NCBI GenBank assembly: GCA_947053645.1
Contig: CAMRTM010000001.1
Span: 105,583-169,582, forward strand
Direction: 5' to 3'
DNA length: 64,000 bases
From: an uncultured Bacillota bacterium
GTDB taxonomy: Bacteria > Bacillota > Clostridia > Christensenellales > UBA1242
In this document: positions 9,226 to 19,928 of the stretch, one piece after another
How the letters are laid out: each line of letters begins with the position of its first letter
Numbering within the stretch: the stretch's first letter is position 1
The notes under the pieces: generated by a model
What the model was told of the DNA's origin: nothing
Databases searched by the model: none
The model's input: only the letters and a program-made list of their open reading frames with translations
Translations under genes and position numbers: made by a program

Positions 9226-11145
9226 TTATAATACCCGTTTAAACATCTTTTCAAATTCTCGTTTAGTAAGTTCAAGTGCCACCGGTCTGCCGTGTGGGCA
9301 AAGCATTACCCCCTTTCTTATTTCAGTTATAAGATAGGCTGCATCCTCTTTAGTTATACTATCGCCAGCCTTAATTGCATGCTTACACGCACTTTGGCAG
9401 AGTTTATCGTGAATATATGCACTTGGCTTTTTATCATAATTCACGCCCTCTTTTACAAGTTCTTCTACAAACTTTTCAAGATCAATACCACTAATAGCAA
9501 GTGGAATCGCTTTGATTTCATATGTATTTTTGTTATTTACAATTTCAAATCCTATCTCTCTTAAACCGCTTATACTATCTTCAAGTAATTCTCTTTCCTT
9601 TGCACCAAGTGAAAATTTATAAGGATAGAGCATGGTTTGTTTTACTACACTTCCCTCATCTATATTTTTGACAAGTCTGTCATATAATAGTCTTTCGTGC
9701 GCCGCATGCTGGTCAATAAAATATACAGATTCGTCATATTCAACAACTATATATGTCTTGAATATTGTCCCTAAAATTTTCATTTCATCTAAAACAGATC
9801 CATTTAGGAATTTGTTTTTCTCTATTTTTATTTCAGCAAGCGTGCTTTCTTTCACATGATCAAAGAAGAATGGTCCTCCTACTTTATTTACTGGGATATC
9901 CTTTTCTTCTATCTTTAAATCTGCAAAATCAGGCGGTAGTTCGCGTTTTGGGGCCTTTTTAAACTCCACCTCTGGATATGACTTGACATCAAAGATTGGT
10001 GCATCTGGATCAAAATGATCTATCTTAATATAACTGCTGCCTTGTGTGGCAGATAGTTTCTCTTGTGGTTTTACCGCAGGATTAAAGCCTTGCTTATTAT
10101 ATGGACTAAGTAAAGTCTTACCTTCATCATCATTTGGTTCACCCGAAACTATGGTTGCTATTTGGTCGACAGAAAGCAAAGCACTTTCTACCGCCCTTCT
10201 CACGAGCCCAAAAATCTTGCCAGAATCATCAAACTTCACCTCTTTTTTACTTGGATGAACATTGACATCTACGCTGTCAACTGGGACAATTAAATTTAAA
10301 ACATAGATAGGAAATTTCCCCTTCATTAAGAAATTTTCATACACCCCTTGTACCGCCTGAGATACGAGGTAATTTTCTACCACTCTTCCATTTACAAAAA
10401 GCGTTTGATAGGTTCGATTTGATTTGCACACCTTTGGCTTTGTTACATAGCCCACTAGGTGCTTTCCATCCTCTTCATAATCTACAGGAATTAAATTTTG
10501 GTAAACCTCTTTTCCGTAGATTGTGTAGATAGCACTTGCAAGATCAGAGGAAATTGTATTATATACTTGCTGTCCATCTACATAATAACTGAAAGCAATT
10601 TCTGGATGTGAGAGAATAATCTTTTCCATAAGGTGGGTTACTTCTCCCTCCTCCGTCTTTGGCTTTTTTAAGAATTTTGCACGCACTGGTGTGTTATAAA
10701 ATAAATTTTTACATATTAGCGTTGTGCCCTCTCTTCGGGCAGTTTCGCACACCTTTCCAAATTGTCCGCCATTAACCTTTAAACTATAACCTATTTCATT
10801 GTTTTTTGGTCTTGAAGATAGTTCTACTTGACACACTGAAGCGATACTCGCAAGCGCCTCGCCACGAAAACCAAGCGATGAGATATTATCTAAATCCTCT
10901 ACCGTCTTAATCTTACTTGTGGCATGTGGAGTGAATGCAAGGACTAAATCTTCCTTTTCTATTCCATGTCCATTATCTGAAACTTCAATAGAAGAAATAC
11001 CGCCCTCTTCAATTCTTACGCTTACCATTGTTGCACCAGCATCAAGAGAGTTTTCAACAAGTTCCTTAACTATTGATGCAGGCCTTTCAACAACCTCACC
11101 TGCTGATATCCTATTATACACCTTAGGTTCTAGTAAATTAATCAT
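9226..11145 (-). CDS. mutL: DNA mismatch repair endonuclease MutL
   Basis: ISAGEVVERPASIVKELVENSLDAGA, LGFRGEALASI, DQHAAHER and CPHGRP. Confidence 0.98.
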   Translation of the reverse strand: MINLLEPKVYNRISAGEVVERPASIVKELVENSLDAGATMVSVRIEEGGISSIEVSDNGHGIEKEDLVLAFTPHATSKIKTVEDLDNISSLGFRGEALASIASVCQVELSSRPKNNEIGYSLKVNGGQFGKVCETARREGTTLICKNLFYNTPVRAKFLKKPKTEEGEVTHLMEKIILSHPEIAFSYYVDGQQVYNTISSDLASAIYTIYGKEVYQNLIPVDYEEDGKHLVGYVTKPKVCKSNRTYQTLFVNGRVVENYLVSQAVQGVYENFLMKGKFPIYVLNLIVPVDSVDVNVHPSKKEVKFDDSGKIFGLVRRAVESALLSVDQIATIVSGEPNDDEGKTLLSPYNKQGFNPAVKPQEKLSATQGSSYIKIDHFDPDAPIFDVKSYPEVEFKKAPKRELPPDFADLKIEEKDIPVNKVGGPFFFDHVKESTLAEIKIEKNKFLNGSVLDEMKILGTIFKTYIVVEYDESVYFIDQHAAHERLLYDRLVKNIDEGSVVKQTMLYPYKFSLGAKERELLEDSISGLREIGFEIVNNKNTYEIKAIPLAISGIDLEKFVEELVKEGVNYDKKPSAYIHDKLCQSACKHAIKAGDSITKEDAAYLITEIRKGVMLCPHGRPVALELTKREFEKMFKRVL

Positions 11146-11148
11146 CTT

Positions 11149-13749
11149 CTATTCCTCCTTCGCTTTTGCGACAATATCATTAAGCAGTTCAAAAGCATGC
11201 ATAGGTGACACCTTATTCATATCTAACTCTTTTAAAATGCTGAGTATTTCACCTGCTTTGCGCGAGTTGTCCTCGACCTTTTTCTTTCCTTCTTTAAAAA
11301 TATTTAAATCTAGTTTTTGATTTACCGTTTCTAGATTATTGCTTATTTCTTTCGCACGGTCTAGCACCGACTTAGGCACTCCGGCTAGGCGAGCCACTTC
11401 TATACCAAAACTCTTATTTGCACCACCGCGTACAATCTTACGGAGAAATACAATATTTTCATCTATCTCTTTTACCGCAATCTTATAGTTCTTTACGCCG
11501 TCAAGCACACCTTCAAGTTCGGTAAGTTCATGATAATGTGTGGCAAAAAGTGTTTTTGCTTTAAAATGTTGCGACACATATTCAACCACCGCCCATGCAA
11601 TACTTAGTCCGTCAAAGGTGGAGGTTCCTCTGCCTATTTCGTCCAAAAGAATTAAACTTCTATCTGTAGCATTTGCTAATATTAATGCAACTTCACTCAT
11701 TTCCACCATGAAGGTGCTTTGTCCAAATACAAGGTCATCACTTGCCCCAACTCGAGTGAAAATTCTATCTGTAATTGCAATTTCTGCCTCTTTTGCTGGT
11801 ACAAAACATCCGATATGGGCTAAGAAAGTAATCAGTGCTACCTGTCTCATATATGTACTCTTTCCCGCCATATTTGGCCCAGTGATTATCATGGTTCTAT
11901 CTGTGCTTTCATTAAGGAAGGTATCATTCGCTATAAAGTTACCCCTCTTTGAAAACTCTTCTACAACTGGATGTCTTCCTTCTTCTATTTTAATATGTTT
12001 TATACTTTTATTAATTAACGGTCTTGTAAAATTACATTTAACCGATGTCAACGCATAGGAAAGCAGTGCATCAATCTGCCCTATTGCATCACCTACTGTT
12101 TGTATAGATTTAACATAATTTAACAGGTATTTTTTAATTTCTCCAAAAATGACACTCTCTAGTTTGATTGCCTTTTCTTCCGCTCCAAAAATATCATCTT
12201 CAAGTTTCTTTAGGTCTTCCGTAATGTACCTTTCATTATTTGCAACAGTTTGTTTTCTTTCATAGCGTAGAGGTACTTGTTCGGAAAAACTTCTATTAAC
12301 TTCTATGTAGTAACCGAAAACCCTATTACTTTTGATTTCAAGATTTTTAATGCCAGTAAGTTCTCGCTCTTTTGTTTGAAGCGCTTCAATAGTTTTTTTA
12401 CTGTTTGTTTTTATATCTCGATAATAATCAAGGTTGGCATTAAATCCCGCTTTGATGTAGCCTCCATCCTTCATTAGCGATGGTGCGTCCGCAATGATTG
12501 CATTATCAAGAAGTGAGGTTACTTCTTCAAAATCTAATATCTCCTCTCTTAATTTTACTAATCGTTTTGAAGTTAAGCCTTTAAGTATTTCTTTTACTTT
12601 AGGCAAAACTTGTAAACTTTCCTTAAGCGACAGCAAATCTTTTGGATTGACATTCCCAAATGAAAGTTTGGCTGACAATCTTTCAATATCTCTAATTGAT
12701 GGCAATGTAGATGCAAGTTCATCCCTAATAATTATTTTATTAATCAATTCACTCGTTGCATCTAACCTTTCATTGATTTCTTTTTCATCTACCACTGGCT
12801 CATCAAAATATTTTCTTAATTTTCTTTTACCCATACTGGTCTTACATTTATCTACTAACCAAAGAAGTGAGCCATACCCCTTTCTATCTCTCATTGTTTC
12901 AGTGAGTTCAAGATTGCGTCTTGAATTCATATCTATAGTAAGATACTCTTTATTTCTTATTAAATTTATCTTATTTATATTATTAAGTAAGCGTTTTTGA
13001 GTTTCATTGATATATTCTAGGGCACCACCTGCTGAAATAACAAGAGGTTTTTTACCAGCAAGTTCATATACCTTTTCAAAGTTATCACCAAACTGAACTG
13101 TTAAGTTATCTTTCGCTTTTGAGTAAGTGTAAGCCCAGTCATAATATTCGCTGAACTTAGGCAAATTGCCAAGTCTTAAAATTGGAAGTGAATTATACAA
13201 TTTCTTTGCTTCACTATTACCGATAACTTCCGCTGGATTTATTCGCGCAAGAAGGTCGGTAAGTTCACCTGCCATATCTTTTTCAAATGGCACGATTTCA
13301 AACTCGCCGGTTGAAATGTCTATATAACTGACTCCGATTTCATCGTCATGAAGATAAATTGAAAGAAGATAATTATTCTTGCTTTGTTCAAGCATATCTT
13401 CCTCTATAATTGTGCCCGGCGTGATAATTCTCACAACTTCGCGTGGCATGATGCCTTTTGTGGTTGCTGGGTCACCAATCTGCTCACATATAGCAACCTT
13501 ATACCCCTGCGTTACTAGTTTTTGAATATAGGTTTGTGCTGCATGATGCGGTACCCCACACATTGGAGTTTTTTCGCCCGTCCCGTTGTTTTTGCCCGTC
13601 AATGTAAGGTCCAGTACTCTCGATGCCTCTATTGCATCTTCATAAAACATCTCATAAAAATCGCCTAAACGATAAAAGAGAATACAGTCTTTATACTGCT
13701 CCTTTGTTATCAAATACCTTTGCATCATTGGAGATAATTCTTTTTTCAT
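11149..13749 (-). CDS. mutS: DNA mismatch repair protein MutS
   Basis: FYRLGDFYEMF, ITGPNMAGKSTYMRQ, STFMVEM, DEIGRGTST and FATHYHEL. Confidence 0.98.
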   Translation of the reverse strand: MKKELSPMMQRYLITKEQYKDCILFYRLGDFYEMFYEDAIEASRVLDLTLTGKNNGTGEKTPMCGVPHHAAQTYIQKLVTQGYKVAICEQIGDPATTKGIMPREVVRIITPGTIIEEDMLEQSKNNYLLSIYLHDDEIGVSYIDISTGEFEIVPFEKDMAGELTDLLARINPAEVIGNSEAKKLYNSLPILRLGNLPKFSEYYDWAYTYSKAKDNLTVQFGDNFEKVYELAGKKPLVISAGGALEYINETQKRLLNNINKINLIRNKEYLTIDMNSRRNLELTETMRDRKGYGSLLWLVDKCKTSMGKRKLRKYFDEPVVDEKEINERLDATSELINKIIIRDELASTLPSIRDIERLSAKLSFGNVNPKDLLSLKESLQVLPKVKEILKGLTSKRLVKLREEILDFEEVTSLLDNAIIADAPSLMKDGGYIKAGFNANLDYYRDIKTNSKKTIEALQTKERELTGIKNLEIKSNRVFGYYIEVNRSFSEQVPLRYERKQTVANNERYITEDLKKLEDDIFGAEEKAIKLESVIFGEIKKYLLNYVKSIQTVGDAIGQIDALLSYALTSVKCNFTRPLINKSIKHIKIEEGRHPVVEEFSKRGNFIANDTFLNESTDRTMIITGPNMAGKSTYMRQVALITFLAHIGCFVPAKEAEIAITDRIFTRVGASDDLVFGQSTFMVEMSEVALILANATDRSLILLDEIGRGTSTFDGLSIAWAVVEYVSQHFKAKTLFATHYHELTELEGVLDGVKNYKIAVKEIDENIVFLRKIVRGGANKSFGIEVARLAGVPKSVLDRAKEISNNLETVNQKLDLNIFKEGKKKVEDNSRKAGEILSILKELDMNKVSPMHAFELLNDIVAKAKEE

Positions 13750-14870
13750 GATTTATTATCCTCCTTTTGTATTCTCTTTTCTAGGGCAAGAAGTTTATTT
13801 ACACGCTCGTGTTTTACATTGTCTGGCACCTGTCCCTCCATTTTTGCTGCTACAGTTCCCTCACGAGGTGAATACATGAATGCAAAAATGCTGTCATAGC
13901 GTACCTCTTCGACGAGTGACATTGTTCGCATAAATTCTTCTTCAGTTTCGGTGGGAAAACCGACTATAAAATCACTAGTAATTCGACATGTAGGTATTTT
14001 TTCCCTAATCTTTCTTATGATATCAAGGTAATGCTCGCGGGTGTACCTCCTATTCATAAGATTTAACACCCTATTATCACCGCTTTGCGCTGGAAGGTGT
14101 ATATATTTTTCAACCTTATCCTCTCTTGCGATTGTGTCAATAAGTTCGTCAGTGAGATCCTTTGGATGGGAGGTCATGAAACTTACCTTAAAATCACCGT
14201 CAAGTCTACATATATCAGAAAGTAGTTTAGCAAAAGATACAGGTTCTTTCAAATCCTTACCATAGGAATTGACATTCTGTCCAAGCAAGGTTATCTTCTT
14301 ATATTTCCCTTCCTCGATTATCTTTTTTATCTCACATAGTATCGCCGCTTCCTCTCTACTCTTCTCGCGTCCCCTAACATACGGAACAATACAATAAGTA
14401 CAAAAGTTATTGCAACCTTGCATTATATTTACCCATGCGTTATCTCCGCTGGTACGCTTATATGGAAGGCTTTCATCTATACTTCCTTCCTCCCATAGTT
14501 CAAGTTGCCTACCTGCTTTAACCTTTTCAATATACTCTTTCAGATTCGCTACATTAAAGGTTCCAATAACTATATCTACAAATGGAAAGGTCTTTAGAAG
14601 ATATTTTGCTGTTTTCTCTTTTTGCGTCATACAGCCACATACAACAACTATTAAATCTCTATTTCTCTTTTTCTGTTTTTTTAAGGCTCCAACATTGCCA
14701 AAAACTCTATCTTCGGCACCCTCTCTTATTGCACAGGTATTAAATACAATTATGTCGGCACTCTCTCTATCCTGCCCACATTCATATCCCATTTCTTCAA
14801 GTATACCTGCTATCTTTTCAGACTCATGCACATTCATCTGACAGCCATATGTAACTATAAAATATTTCAA
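13746..14870 (-). CDS. miaB: tRNA methylthiotransferase MiaB, C-terminal TRAM domain absent
   Basis: TYGCQMNVHESE, FNTCAIRE, GCNNFCTYCIVPYVRGRE and LLGQNVNSYG. Ends at 374 aa in an ATGA overlap with mutS. Confidence 0.93.
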   Translation of the reverse strand: MKYFIVTYGCQMNVHESEKIAGILEEMGYECGQDRESADIIVFNTCAIREGAEDRVFGNVGALKKQKKRNRDLIVVVCGCMTQKEKTAKYLLKTFPFVDIVIGTFNVANLKEYIEKVKAGRQLELWEEGSIDESLPYKRTSGDNAWVNIMQGCNNFCTYCIVPYVRGREKSREEAAILCEIKKIIEEGKYKKITLLGQNVNSYGKDLKEPVSFAKLLSDICRLDGDFKVSFMTSHPKDLTDELIDTIAREDKVEKYIHLPAQSGDNRVLNLMNRRYTREHYLDIIRKIREKIPTCRITSDFIVGFPTETEEEFMRTMSLVEEVRYDSIFAFMYSPREGTVAAKMEGQVPDNVKHERVNKLLALEKRIQKEDNKS

Positions 14871-15005
14871 TTTATCACCTTTTAAAAGAAAATCTAATTC
14901 CTCTTTCTAAATTATACAAAATTCGCAAGAAATTGTAAATAAAAAATTATCTTATTTAGCAAATAATTTACTTAATATTAAGCATAATAGTTTTTGAGCA
15001 TTATT

Positions 15006-17225
15006 ATGAAAAAGAGTATTAAAATAATCATTTTTTCCATTTTTGCCGTTCTTTGTGCAGTTATGATTGCACTGGGATTTTATTTGGCTAGCATCTATTC
15101 AAAAGTAAACAAACTTGCTTTAGATGAAGAAAAGTTAACCTCCCCTAGCCTTACAATAGAAATCTTTGACAGCGAAAATAAGCCTATTAAAGAGGAAAAC
15201 ACATTTAATCATGGATACATTAAATCAGCATCTATTCCTGATCATACAAAAGCAGCCTTTGTATCTATTGAGGACAAGTCTTTTTATGAACATAGCGGAA
15301 TAAATTACAAGCGTATTGCAAAGGCTGTACTTAACAATTTGAAATCTAAAAGCCTTAAGGAAGGTGCCTCCACTATTAGCCAGCAACTTATCAAAAACAC
15401 TCATTTAACAAGTGAAAAAACCTTTGAGCGTAAGATTAAGGAAATTGCACTTGCAAAGAAACTTGAAAATCGCTTTTCCAAAGAAGAAATCTTGGAACAA
15501 TATCTTAATGTCATATATTTTGGCAATAACTGCTATGGAATAGAAAACGCTTCGAATTATTATTTCTCGAAATCCGCTCACGACCTGAATTTGGAAGAGT
15601 CCGCCCTCCTTGCTGGTATGATTAAATCTCCTAACAGATACTCTCCTGTTTCAAATTATACCCCTGCTTTTAAACGAAGAAATGTTGTTTTAGAGGAAAT
15701 GTGTAAAGATGGAATAATTACACAAGATGAGTGCTTTTCAGCAAAAAACAAGGCTATTAAACTAAATTTAAACACTACTTATAAAAATAAACTTAATTCA
15801 TATAGTCAAGCTGCTATTGATGAGGCTTGCAAAATACTTTCCCTTCCCGCAAAACAAATTGCCTTACATGGCTTTAAAATCTACACATATCAAAATGAAG
15901 AAAAACAAAAATCACTTGAAAAAGCCATTAGTGCTGTCGACACCGACGGAAATGATAATGCCGCGATTGTCATTGACAACGCACATATGGGAGTTGTTGC
16001 ATACACTGGTGAAAGTGCATACAAAATACTTGAAGCAAAAAGACAGCCCGGCTCTTGTATTAAGCCTGTGCTTGTTTATGCACCCGCTTTAAACGAGGAT
16101 ATTATTTACCCTTGCACACAGATCCTTGACGAAAAGACTACGATATCAGGTTATAGCCCTAAGAATGTAAGCGGCTCTTTCAAAGGTTATGTAAGTGCGA
16201 GAGAGGCTCTTTCAAAGTCTATCAATATTCCTGCTGTAAAGGTGCTTAGTTATCTTGGAATACCTAAAGCAAAAGCATATGCAAGCGATATGGGAATAGA
16301 GTTTGATGAAAAGGATGACAGTTATGCACTTGCACTTGGCGGCATGAATTACGGAACAAATCTTCTTTCACTTGCTGGCGCATATTCCACTTTTGCCAAC
16401 TCAGGCGTTTACTCCTCCCCTAAATTTATCTCATACATAACAGACAAGAACAACAAAATTGTATACATTCACAAAAAAGAAGAAAAGAGAGTTTTAAGAG
16501 AAGATGCAAGTTATCTTTTAACTGACATGCTTAGGACTTGTAGTCAAAGCGGCACTGCAAAGAAACTTAATGAGTTGAAGATTGATATCGCTTCAAAGAC
16601 TGGAACTGTCGGCAAGCCTTCCTCTTCACTTAATCTTGATGCGTGGAATATTTCATATACCAATGATTACACTTGCGGTTGTTGGATTGGTAATCTTGAC
16701 AACACACCTATTTCTTTTGTAGGCGGCAACCATCCTACTCAGGTGGTCAAAAACTATTTTACCTATGAGAATGATAACTCCGAGTTTAAAATTCCATCAT
16801 CAATTGTTGAAAAGGCTATTGACCTCGAAGAACTTTCTTCTAATCACAGAGTTGTACTTGCAAACAACTTTACACCAGAGCGTTACACACAAAATGAAAT
16901 GTTTTCAAACTTTAATTTACCTAGAGATATATCAAATAAATTTGTGAAAATTGAAAGCCCAGAAATAAAAAGCAAGGTATCAGAGGGAAAAGCCACCTTG
17001 ACTTTTGACGCAAAGGAATATCTAAATTATGAGTTTTATAAAAACGGAAAATTAATCTCTTCAATAAAAGGGAAAGAAGGCAAAAGTAACATTGAATTTG
17101 AAATGAACTCGAATAAAGAAAAGGTGCAAATTTATACCTCATATATTGGAGATGATAGGAAAGACCTTAAAGAAATTGAACTTGTCAATGTGAGCAAGTT
17201 ACAAAAAAACAAGTGGTATGTTTAA
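15006..17225 (+). CDS. Class A penicillin-binding protein (transglycosylase-transpeptidase)
   Basis: EDKSFYEH, GASTISQQLIKN, RKIKE, YLNVIYFG; transpeptidase SCIK, SIN and KTGT motifs. Alternative TTG start at 14994. Confidence 0.93.
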   Translation: MKKSIKIIIFSIFAVLCAVMIALGFYLASIYSKVNKLALDEEKLTSPSLTIEIFDSENKPIKEENTFNHGYIKSASIPDHTKAAFVSIEDKSFYEHSGINYKRIAKAVLNNLKSKSLKEGASTISQQLIKNTHLTSEKTFERKIKEIALAKKLENRFSKEEILEQYLNVIYFGNNCYGIENASNYYFSKSAHDLNLEESALLAGMIKSPNRYSPVSNYTPAFKRRNVVLEEMCKDGIITQDECFSAKNKAIKLNLNTTYKNKLNSYSQAAIDEACKILSLPAKQIALHGFKIYTYQNEEKQKSLEKAISAVDTDGNDNAAIVIDNAHMGVVAYTGESAYKILEAKRQPGSCIKPVLVYAPALNEDIIYPCTQILDEKTTISGYSPKNVSGSFKGYVSAREALSKSINIPAVKVLSYLGIPKAKAYASDMGIEFDEKDDSYALALGGMNYGTNLLSLAGAYSTFANSGVYSSPKFISYITDKNNKIVYIHKKEEKRVLREDASYLLTDMLRTCSQSGTAKKLNELKIDIASKTGTVGKPSSSLNLDAWNISYTNDYTCGCWIGNLDNTPISFVGGNHPTQVVKNYFTYENDNSEFKIPSSIVEKAIDLEELSSNHRVVLANNFTPERYTQNEMFSNFNLPRDISNKFVKIESPEIKSKVSEGKATLTFDAKEYLNYEFYKNGKLISSIKGKEGKSNIEFEMNSNKEKVQIYTSYIGDDRKDLKEIELVNVSKLQKNKWYV

Positions 17226-17240
17226 TATAACTTATAAATT

Positions 17241-17269
17241 AAAAAAAGACTGAGTGACAGTCTTTTTTT
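17241..17269. terminator. Bidirectional terminator between pbp and recA
   Basis: AAAAAAAGACTG-AGTGA-CAGTCTTTTTTT. Confidence 0.8.
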
Positions 17270-18275
17270 ACTCTTCTTCAATTGGAGTTTCGCCCTTTAC
17301 TTTGGACATAATTTCATTGTATAGTTCACTATTTTTCTCGATAGTGTCTTTAACATTCTCTTTTCCTTGGCCAATCTTTTCGTCATTATAACTAAACCAA
17401 GAGCCAGACTTTTTGATTATTCCCTTTTCAAGCGCTAAGTCTACAAGGCAACCTACCTGTGAAATTCCTTTGCCATAGACAATATCAAACTCAGCAGTTT
17501 TGAATGGAGGTGCAAGTTTATTCTTAACTACCTTAACCCTTGTACGATTGCCAACAAAGTCAGAGCCATCTTTTATTGTATCTACCTTTCTTACATCAAG
17601 GCGTATACTTGCATAGAATTTAAGTGCTTTACCACCAGTAGTTGTTTCTGGTGAGCCAAACATTACACCTACCTTTTCACGAAGTTGATTGATAAAGATT
17701 ACTGTGGTGTTACTTTTATTAATCACACCAGTCAGTTTTCTAAGTGCTTGTGACATCATTCTTGCTTGCAAGCCTACATGAGAATCTCCCATTTCACCAT
17801 CTATTTCTGCCTTTGGTGTTAATGCTGCAACTGAGTCTACAACAACTATATCTACCGAGCCTGATTTGACAAGCATTTCACAGATGTTTAATGCTTGCTC
17901 CCCATTATCAGGTTGTGAAAGATATAATTCTGCGGTATCTACTCCGAGTTTTTGTGCGTAATCAGGGTCAAGAGCATGTTCAGCATCAATAAATGCAGCA
18001 GTGCCACCGAGTTTTTGAGCCTCTGCAATTATATGCAATGACACAGTAGTTTTACCTGAAGATTCTGGCCCATAAATTTCAATTACTCTTCCTCTTGGAA
18101 TACCACCGATTCCAAGTGCCATATCAAGAGTAAGGCAACCTGTTGGAATGACATCTATCTTTTGATGTTCCTGCTCCCCAAGTTTCATAATGGCACCTTT
18201 GCCATATTGTTTTTCAATTTGAAGCAGTGCTTCCGCGAGTGCATCTTTCTTATTTTCTTTCTTATCCATATTCAT
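17268..18275 (-). CDS. recA: Recombinase RecA
   Basis: [25 protein letters not shown] and [28 protein letters not shown]. Confidence 0.99.
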   Translation of the reverse strand: MNMDKKENKKDALAEALLQIEKQYGKGAIMKLGEQEHQKIDVIPTGCLTLDMALGIGGIPRGRVIEIYGPESSGKTTVSLHIIAEAQKLGGTAAFIDAEHALDPDYAQKLGVDTAELYLSQPDNGEQALNICEMLVKSGSVDIVVVDSVAALTPKAEIDGEMGDSHVGLQARMMSQALRKLTGVINKSNTTVIFINQLREKVGVMFGSPETTTGGKALKFYASIRLDVRKVDTIKDGSDFVGNRTRVKVVKNKLAPPFKTAEFDIVYGKGISQVGCLVDLALEKGIIKKSGSWFSYNDEKIGQGKENVKDTIEKNSELYNEIMSKVKGETPIEEE

Positions 18276-18306
18276 CCATCCTTTATCCTATTTTACCAAA
18301 ACTTAA

Positions 18307-19284
18307 TTAAAATGCAAAATCATTTTGCCTTAATTTTCGCGTTAAATGAAAGAGTGCGCATGTTGTTGCCATTTCAAGACATTCGCTTCGTTTTGCGTTA
18401 AACCTATTCTTATATACAAGAATTGAACTTTTATCTCCTACCGCAATAACGCTTGACATGCCTTTCTTATCAAACTCGCCATCTATGACTATTACAACAT
18501 CACTTCCAGTATCTTTAAGGTAATTATAAGCCGAGATATATGTCTTTTCTGCGTCAAGAGCCCCCTCTCTTTCTGAAATTTCACCTTTCTTAAGAACTTG
18601 GTAAAAACCCTCATTATCTTCATTAAACCTAGAAAGAACCTTGCCCCCTGTAACCGTTTCTTTTACAGAAAGTTTTAGGTTTTTAAGTCTTAAAAGTTCA
18701 AAAACTATTTGGCTTAGTCCTAAATCATTTTCACTATATAAATTATCTCTGAATATTCCAGCGATTTTTACCTGTTTATCATCAATAAGACTTTCTGCAC
18801 CCTGATAGGAAAGATATACATCTGTAAGAAGATTATCCCCTATAACACGATATGTAACCCCTTCAAGATTCTCCAAATCCTTACTTACACTTTGAGGATT
18901 TTTACCAAACAAGTGAAATTTACAGTATTTTTTGCTTTGATCTCTTTCTTCTTCAAGTATTTGTGTAAGCAGGGTTTCCCACTCTATATCTACTGGTAAA
19001 AAAATTAAATTTCTGCCATTATTAACAAATTTTACAGCAAGGTCACCATAAACCTTTTTATTTGAACCGAGTTTATTTATATTATCTATAATCACTTTAT
19101 CAAGTTCGCTATTTTCAGTGAAAATGATAAGGTTTTCTTCTCCTTCAAGAGTCAATTTGTTTTCAACGGATAATCCTGTAAGAGAAAGATTATATCTTGC
19201 AAGAACATTGATAAGGCTTGTCAAATTTAATTTGACATGTCCATCTAAGACTTTTTTTGATATAACTGTGACTTTATATTCCAT
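18307..19284 (-). CDS. Highly degenerate CinA-like protein
   Basis: Occupies the cinA position (rimO-pgsA-X-recA). LSVKETVTGG is a remnant of the PncC motif AESCTGG, and KFHLFG resembles the CinA middle domain. Confidence 0.65.
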   Translation of the reverse strand: MEYKVTVISKKVLDGHVKLNLTSLINVLARYNLSLTGLSVENKLTLEGEENLIIFTENSELDKVIIDNINKLGSNKKVYGDLAVKFVNNGRNLIFLPVDIEWETLLTQILEEERDQSKKYCKFHLFGKNPQSVSKDLENLEGVTYRVIGDNLLTDVYLSYQGAESLIDDKQVKIAGIFRDNLYSENDLGLSQIVFELLRLKNLKLSVKETVTGGKVLSRFNEDNEGFYQVLKKGEISEREGALDAEKTYISAYNYLKDTGSDVVIVIDGEFDKKGMSSVIAVGDKSSILVYKNRFNAKRSECLEMATTCALFHLTRKLRQNDFAF

Positions 19285-19298
19285 TTTTCACCCTTTGT

Positions 19299-19928
19299 TT
19301 ATTTATTTTCAGTTTTAAATACCTGTTTATTGCCTATTATGTAACTTACTCCTGAAGTAACAGTAAGTATAGTTGAAATTACCAAAAGAACAAGAAGTAT
19401 AATTCCGATTATAGTGTTTGCAAGTTTTAGCCCCTCTGAGATAACCTCTTGTTTTAACCAAATATCTTGCACAAAGAAGGCATAAAGCATATATAACGAA
19501 ATTGTTACATCTTGGAAGATTGTCTTGATTTTTCCGCCCTTATCTGCGGCAAGCACCACCCCTTTTGATGCTGCTATTTGTCTTAATGCTGAAATTATAA
19601 ATTCTCTTGCGAGCATAATTACAACACACACTATTCCTACCCATTGAGGTTTCACTACAACATTTGTTGCAGTTACTGGATAGGCTACTACGAGAAGCAT
19701 TCCTGTCATAATTAGCACTTTATCGGCAATAGCATCAAAGAATTTACCAAGGTCGGTGACCTGATTTGTTTTTCTTGCTACCATTCCATCAATAAAGTCT
19801 GTTGCACATGCAAGAATAAATATTATTGCACTTACTAGTTTTCCGTATGGAATATTTACAAGATAAAATACAAGCACAAGCGGAATTAAGAGTATTCTTG
19901 CTAAGGTTATTTTATTAGGTGTGTTCAT
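19299..19928 (-). CDS. pgsA: CDP-diacylglycerol--glycerol-3-phosphate 3-phosphatidyltransferase
   Basis: MNTPNKITLARI and ATDFIDGMVARKTNQVTDLGKFFDAIADK. Confidence 0.95.
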   Translation of the reverse strand: MNTPNKITLARILLIPLVLVFYLVNIPYGKLVSAIIFILACATDFIDGMVARKTNQVTDLGKFFDAIADKVLIMTGMLLVVAYPVTATNVVVKPQWVGIVCVVIMLAREFIISALRQIAASKGVVLAADKGGKIKTIFQDVTISLYMLYAFFVQDIWLKQEVISEGLKLANTIIGIILLVLLVISTILTVTSGVSYIIGNKQVFKTENK

